From IMG/VR virus record IMGVR_UViG_3300006119_000007: DNA of 59,230 nt. One strand, given 5' to 3'. Positions 55,484 through 59,230 of this stretch are shown here, one piece after another. Source of the stretch: an uncultured virus (IMG/VR IMGVR_UViG_3300006119_000007) (lineage: Duplodnaviria; Heunggongvirae; Uroviricota; Caudoviricetes). How positions within the stretch are numbered: the first letter of the stretch is position 1; every line of letters begins with the position of its first letter. The notes under the pieces were generated by a model. The model made no database searches. It was not told the origin of the DNA and saw only the letters and a list, made by a program, of their open reading frames with translations. Position numbers and translations under genes: made by a program.

Positions 55484-55512
55484 ATCCTATATTAAGAATC
55501 CACTCATGTACA
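55484..55512 (-). promoter_or_regulatory. Sigma70-type promoter TGTACA-N17-TAGGAT
   Basis: -35 at 55507-55512 and -10 at 55484-55489. Confidence 0.6.
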
Positions 55513-55521
55513 CAAAAAAGT

Positions 55522-55779
55522 TTAGAACCCGACAGATACCATCTTTACGTTACTTGCGGCAAAAATTGATTCTTGACCGCCCTTTTGAACGTAGACTGTG
55601 TCTCCAGATTTAACTGTCATTGTTCCAGTTACAGTTACGCCATCCGAGGCTTTGACTGTGACAAGAACGTCTGCTCCAGCATTGTTATAAACTCTCACGA
55701 GTGTAGCATTGTTTACGAGGCTTCCAGCTGTTCCAACGGTAAGTTCTGAGCCTAATAGATAGTTTATTGGTGAAACCAT
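55522..55779 (-). CDS. Small beta-rich protein, possibly virion-associated
   Basis: 85 aa; V.NAT.VR.YN...GT.T...G.....K pattern. Confidence 0.65.
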   Translation of the reverse strand: MVSPINYLLGSELTVGTAGSLVNNATLVRVYNNAGADVLVTVKASDGVTVTGTMTVKSGDTVYVQKGGQESIFAASNVKMVSVGF

Positions 55780-55789
55780 TGTAGTATTA

Positions 55790-56053
55790 TTATTTGAGTT
55801 TGCTTAGTACAGAGACTAAACCATTGAATATGTCGTTAACAGCTTGAACGTCTTTCGCTTCGTCTTCTGCAGTTGCAGATTCCTTGAGAGCGTCGAGGTC
55901 AGATGATAACTCCTTGAACTCATCGAGTGAAAGACTTCCATCTTGAACTTCTTGAGCGTATTTTGCGACTTTATTTGCTGCTTCAGCGATAGCAGAATTT
56001 GCATTGTCGCCGAATGGACTTAATTGTTTGAGTAGTGATGATGCTGATGCCAT
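55790..56053 (-). CDS. Small helical hypothetical protein
   Basis: 87 aa with G.LS.DEFKEL..DL; co-oriented and 7 nt after the lipoprotein gene. Confidence 0.65.
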   Translation of the reverse strand: MASASSLLKQLSPFGDNANSAIAEAANKVAKYAQEVQDGSLSLDEFKELSSDLDALKESATAEDEAKDVQAVNDIFNGLVSVLSKLK

Positions 56054-56060
56054 AAGAGTA

Positions 56061-56483
56061 TTATAGTTTTTCTAATCCGATTGTTTTACGAAGATTGTCT
56101 GAAAGCTTTACGAGCGTCTCTGTTTTATCCTTGAGATAAGCTTTGCTCATAGGTATGTTCTTATCTTCTCTTGCCTTGAGCTCGGTTGCTACTTTTTCAA
56201 GTAACTGTATCTCTTTTAAAATACGATCGTTATAAGGTCTTCCTGTTACGTATAAAGTTAACTCTCTTGTATCCATTAATAAGTCATTTACACGAATTGG
56301 ACTATTGACTAGATCTTGTGCAATGATCTCGATCTCAACTGCTTTACCGTATTCAACTGCATCGAAGTGCGGATAATGACCTAGAACTCCATCAACGAGA
56401 ACCTTGGTTGAAACACATCCGCCGAAGCAGCATAATCCTGCCGCTCCGAGAACCAACGAGAGTAATATTACTTTTTTACGCAT
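56061..56483 (-). CDS. Putative lipoprotein
   Basis: MRKK, hydrophobic stretch, then Cys-containing lipobox-like LCCFGGC. Confidence 0.65.
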   Translation of the reverse strand: MRKKVILLSLVLGAAGLCCFGGCVSTKVLVDGVLGHYPHFDAVEYGKAVEIEIIAQDLVNSPIRVNDLLMDTRELTLYVTGRPYNDRILKEIQLLEKVATELKAREDKNIPMSKAYLKDKTETLVKLSDNLRKTIGLEKL

Positions 56484-56488
56484 AAAGC

Positions 56489-56496
56489 TATTTATA
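56489..56496 (-). promoter_or_regulatory. T4-type late promoter TATAAATA
   Basis: Exact consensus only 5 nt upstream of ATG 56483. Confidence 0.75.
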
Positions 56497-56498
56497 TA

Positions 56499-56654
56499 CT
56501 AACTCTTCCATCCTGTCCAATTTGGAGGTAGCTGGAATGGATCCATATGGCTGAAATCGGCCTCAGTCCTAACGATTATCGTCTTTTCAGAGGTTGTCTG
56601 AGGTTCTTGAGGCTTCTTATCCTGAGGGTTTTCGGTTGATGTAGTATTATTCAT
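56499..56654 (-). CDS. Small hypothetical protein (51 aa)
   Basis: Not in the ORF track. MNNTTSTENPQDKKPQ...LPPNWTGWKS* fills the gap after the cyclase gene. Confidence 0.4.
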   Translation of the reverse strand: MNNTTSTENPQDKKPQEPQTTSEKTIIVRTEADFSHMDPFQLPPNWTGWKS

Positions 56655-56666
56655 ATTATATGTATA

Positions 56667-58727
56667 TCACTTGGAAGTGGCTCTGTACACTCCGTCCCAG
56701 TCCTTTGGTAAGTTGGAGTTTCTTAATTCGTTGATTCTCTCGATCATCGCCTCGTAATAGTGATCCATCTCTGGATTGTAATTCACAAGAGACTTTGCCA
56801 ATTCAATGGCATTATCCCAGTTCTGAGCTCGGTAATCGAATAATAATCCTTCGTGCATCCTTCGAATCAATGGAAGTTCGTTGTCTTTAAATTGAGTTGT
56901 AACAACTGTATAGATCTTAACTCCTTCTTTCTTGCCTTTCACAGCAATGCAATCTAATTCAAAGCAAGTGAACCGATCCTTGACGTACTCATAGGTCAAT
57001 GGTCCTATGATGATCTTCACTCCATAAGGCTTTGATTGACCCTCAAGGCGAGAAGCAAGGTTCACTGAATCGCCTAGGCAGGTATAGTCAAACCTTTGAC
57101 TTGATCCCATGTTACCTACAACAACAGTTCCTGTATTAATACCTAGACCCATTCCAAATGCAGGTACACCTTCCTTTGCGATTTCATCATTGAATCCTTT
57201 CAGAGAACCTAACATCTGAAGACCAGTTCTCACTGCATTATAAGCATGGTCTTTATCGTCAAGAGGTGCGTTCCAGAAAGCCATCTGAGCGTCTCCAATG
57301 TACTTATCCAGAGTACCCTCGTTCTCAAGTATCGCTTGAGTCATTGCAGTCATATAGCGATTCATGATCTTCGTTAAACCCTGAACATCTTTTCCATAGT
57401 GTTCGGATATTGCAGTAAAGCCACGAACGTCTGTAAACATGATAGACAACTCACGTGAGTCACCACCTAATTTTAATAGATCCGGATTCTCCTGGAGTTT
57501 CTCGACCATCTTTGGAGAGAGGTAAGTTCCAAATTGCTTCTTGATTTGTTGTTTAAGTTTGAACTCCATCACGAACCTCATGAACAAAGCACCCACGTAT
57601 GGAATAAAGATCGCAAGCGTGGGCCAAGTGAAGTCAGCAAGGTAACCATTATTCTTAAAAAGAGTGACACCGATGAAGTAAGGTATTCCAAGAAGAACTG
57701 CGACTAAGAATCCTTGGAATACGTATCCTAGGTAAATCGCGGCAACTATTCCAATTAGTGCCAGAAATACGCCGACTCCAATCTCATAGAGATCAAACGT
57801 TGCTGGACGCTGGAGACGATTTCCATCGATAAGCATCTCTAGAACTTGAGCTGATACCTCATAACCCTGCGACACTCCATTGCTTGTCGCAACAGTATTA
57901 CTTAATCCCTCGGCGGTAAGTGATAAGAACACAATCTTATCTTTTACTTTTGACCAATCTTTATCGGTATACGATATGCTATTAAATTTGTACTTGTAAT
58001 TGATCCAGACTCTTGCGTTCGCATCAGTTAAAATTGGCGGAGTTCCCTTGACACGAATGGCTTGAACTCCTCCCTGATCGACTTTTGCCTGATATGATTC
58101 TTCTCCTCCAAACATTCTCAATGTCTCAAGAGGAATCGTTGGATAAACCTCTCCCTTTACTTTTACCACAAGAGGAAGACGCCGAACAACTCCATCGAGT
58201 TCTGGAGTAGTCAATAGCATACCAACACCGGCAGAAACTGCACCGATCTCTTTTGTAGGACCAATCGCAGCTGGATAAGTGAATAACCAATCTCCTAATC
58301 CTTCTCCTATCGTTGCAAGCCCTCTTGGCACTGGTTGACCTTTTCCTTTTAGAGAAGCTGATTGAGCCGTAATGACTGGATACTTCTGGAGCGTTTCTAT
58401 AAATATTTTATCTCCGCCCATTCGATCAGGCTCACTGAAAAGAATTGGCATAACGACTAACTGCGCACCATTTGCAAATGCTTTATCCAGACCTGCACTC
58501 AGTGTTTCTCGAGACCAAGGCCATTGTCCGAACTTCTCAAGAGAAGCTTCATCGATCTCTACAACTTCTATGTTACTGGCTATTTGTTTGTCCTGGCTTC
58601 GCTGATAATAGTCTAATCCTTTTAATCTTGCTGTCTCAATAAAGAAGGGATCTTTTATTCGTAGAGCTATCAGGCCTATGAGTATCGTGATTCCAGTTAA
58701 GAGTATCTTGAGAATATGCTTATTCAC
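56667..58727 (-). CDS. CHASE2-domain class III adenylate cyclase
   Basis: CHASE2 (IDE.SL...GQWPW.R, DGVVRR), three TM helices, and catalytic motifs MFTDVRGFT, LDKYIGDA and YTCLGDSVNLASRLE. Confidence 0.92.
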   Translation of the reverse strand: MNKHILKILLTGITILIGLIALRIKDPFFIETARLKGLDYYQRSQDKQIASNIEVVEIDEASLEKFGQWPWSRETLSAGLDKAFANGAQLVVMPILFSEPDRMGGDKIFIETLQKYPVITAQSASLKGKGQPVPRGLATIGEGLGDWLFTYPAAIGPTKEIGAVSAGVGMLLTTPELDGVVRRLPLVVKVKGEVYPTIPLETLRMFGGEESYQAKVDQGGVQAIRVKGTPPILTDANARVWINYKYKFNSISYTDKDWSKVKDKIVFLSLTAEGLSNTVATSNGVSQGYEVSAQVLEMLIDGNRLQRPATFDLYEIGVGVFLALIGIVAAIYLGYVFQGFLVAVLLGIPYFIGVTLFKNNGYLADFTWPTLAIFIPYVGALFMRFVMEFKLKQQIKKQFGTYLSPKMVEKLQENPDLLKLGGDSRELSIMFTDVRGFTAISEHYGKDVQGLTKIMNRYMTAMTQAILENEGTLDKYIGDAQMAFWNAPLDDKDHAYNAVRTGLQMLGSLKGFNDEIAKEGVPAFGMGLGINTGTVVVGNMGSSQRFDYTCLGDSVNLASRLEGQSKPYGVKIIIGPLTYEYVKDRFTCFELDCIAVKGKKEGVKIYTVVTTQFKDNELPLIRRMHEGLLFDYRAQNWDNAIELAKSLVNYNPEMDHYYEAMIERINELRNSNLPKDWDGVYRATSK

Positions 58728-59230
58728 CGTTGTTCAATATTTATTGTAACACCTGTACCTGTTCCATTCTTTGCGCTTACCTTACCTCCAGCATACGTGT
58801 AATTGACTGTCACGTTCTGACCGTTCGGTACGATAATATTTATTATGTTGGATTTGAAATTGCTTTTTAATTTACTCTTTGAAGCATCCGCCTCATCTTG
58901 TTTGAACACGAATGTCGCGTTATCGATCTTTTGAATTGCCTGAGCAGTTGCATACATCTGAGCAACCGCTGCCGCTTGCTGAAGCTGTTGTTCTGCGGCG
59001 GCTTTCTCCGCTTTATCAGCTGCTTCCGACGCCGAAGATTTAGGCGGAGCAAGGAGTAAGTTATTATTGACTCCACCCTCGTCTAATCGAAATATGGTTG
59101 GAGGAGTAGGCATCACGAAATTAGAGGCGACCACAGTACCCTCAAATGCTTTATCCAAAGTGACAGTTCCTGCCGATGTGGTTACATCGATCTTTCCAAC
59201 GACATACTTGTTATGAATCTTGGTTGGAAG
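58724..59230 (-). CDS. FecR-domain-like protein, C-terminal part (starts beyond the window)
   Basis: The frame is open to the window edge and reads LP...VGKIDV.T.AG.V.L.KAF..T.V...P..P. Its stop overlaps the cyclase start. Confidence 0.6.
   Translation of the reverse strand, partial: LPTKIHNKYVVGKIDVTTSAGTVTLDKAFEGTVVASNFVMPTPPTIFRLDEGGVNNNLLLAPPKSSASEAADKAEKAAAEQQLQQAAAVAQMYATAQAIQKIDNATFVFKQDEADASKSKLKSNFKSNIINIIVPNGQNVTVNYTYAGGKVSAKNGTGTGVTINIEQR

Noticed and set aside
1..59230. Stop-codon reassignment, introns or inteins
   Set aside because: Core genes are intact and full-length in the standard code, and all three stop codons terminate genes. No interrupted genes or intein motifs were seen.

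Overview
A 59-kb piece of a T4-like (myovirus) phage genome, probably infecting a diderm host. It is mostly coded on the minus strand in the standard genetic code. From right to left it holds: (1) a truncated FecR-like gene, a CHASE2 class III adenylate cyclase and small membrane/secreted genes; (2) gp33, gp59 and gp32; (3) a short plus-strand block of gp4, gp2, tail-tube-like, gp26, gp51-like and tape-measure-like genes; (4) the baseplate operon (gp48, gp53, hub, gp5, gp25, gp6, gp7-like, gp8, DUF4815 protein); (5) about 29 kb of fibre genes with Gly-X-Gln/Thr collagen-like repeats and polyglycine domains. Two enzyme cassettes sit among the fibre genes, each behind its own sigma70-type promoter-like motif rather than a TATAAATA late promoter. 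The best candidate for an undescribed system is 7179-15010: three tandem Cys-containing beta-propeller-like paralogs, two unknown proteins, a U32-family Fe-S protein fused to a SAM methyltransferase, a DUF401-like inner-membrane transporter and an outer-membrane beta-barrel. Other notable signals are a probable -1 frameshift joining gp26 to a gp51-like ORF just before the tape measure, a structured 125-bp intergenic element with 26-bp inverted arms, and a LamG domain inserted into a polyglycine domain between 9-bp direct repeats. All family assignments come from motif recognition by eye; no database searches were run.
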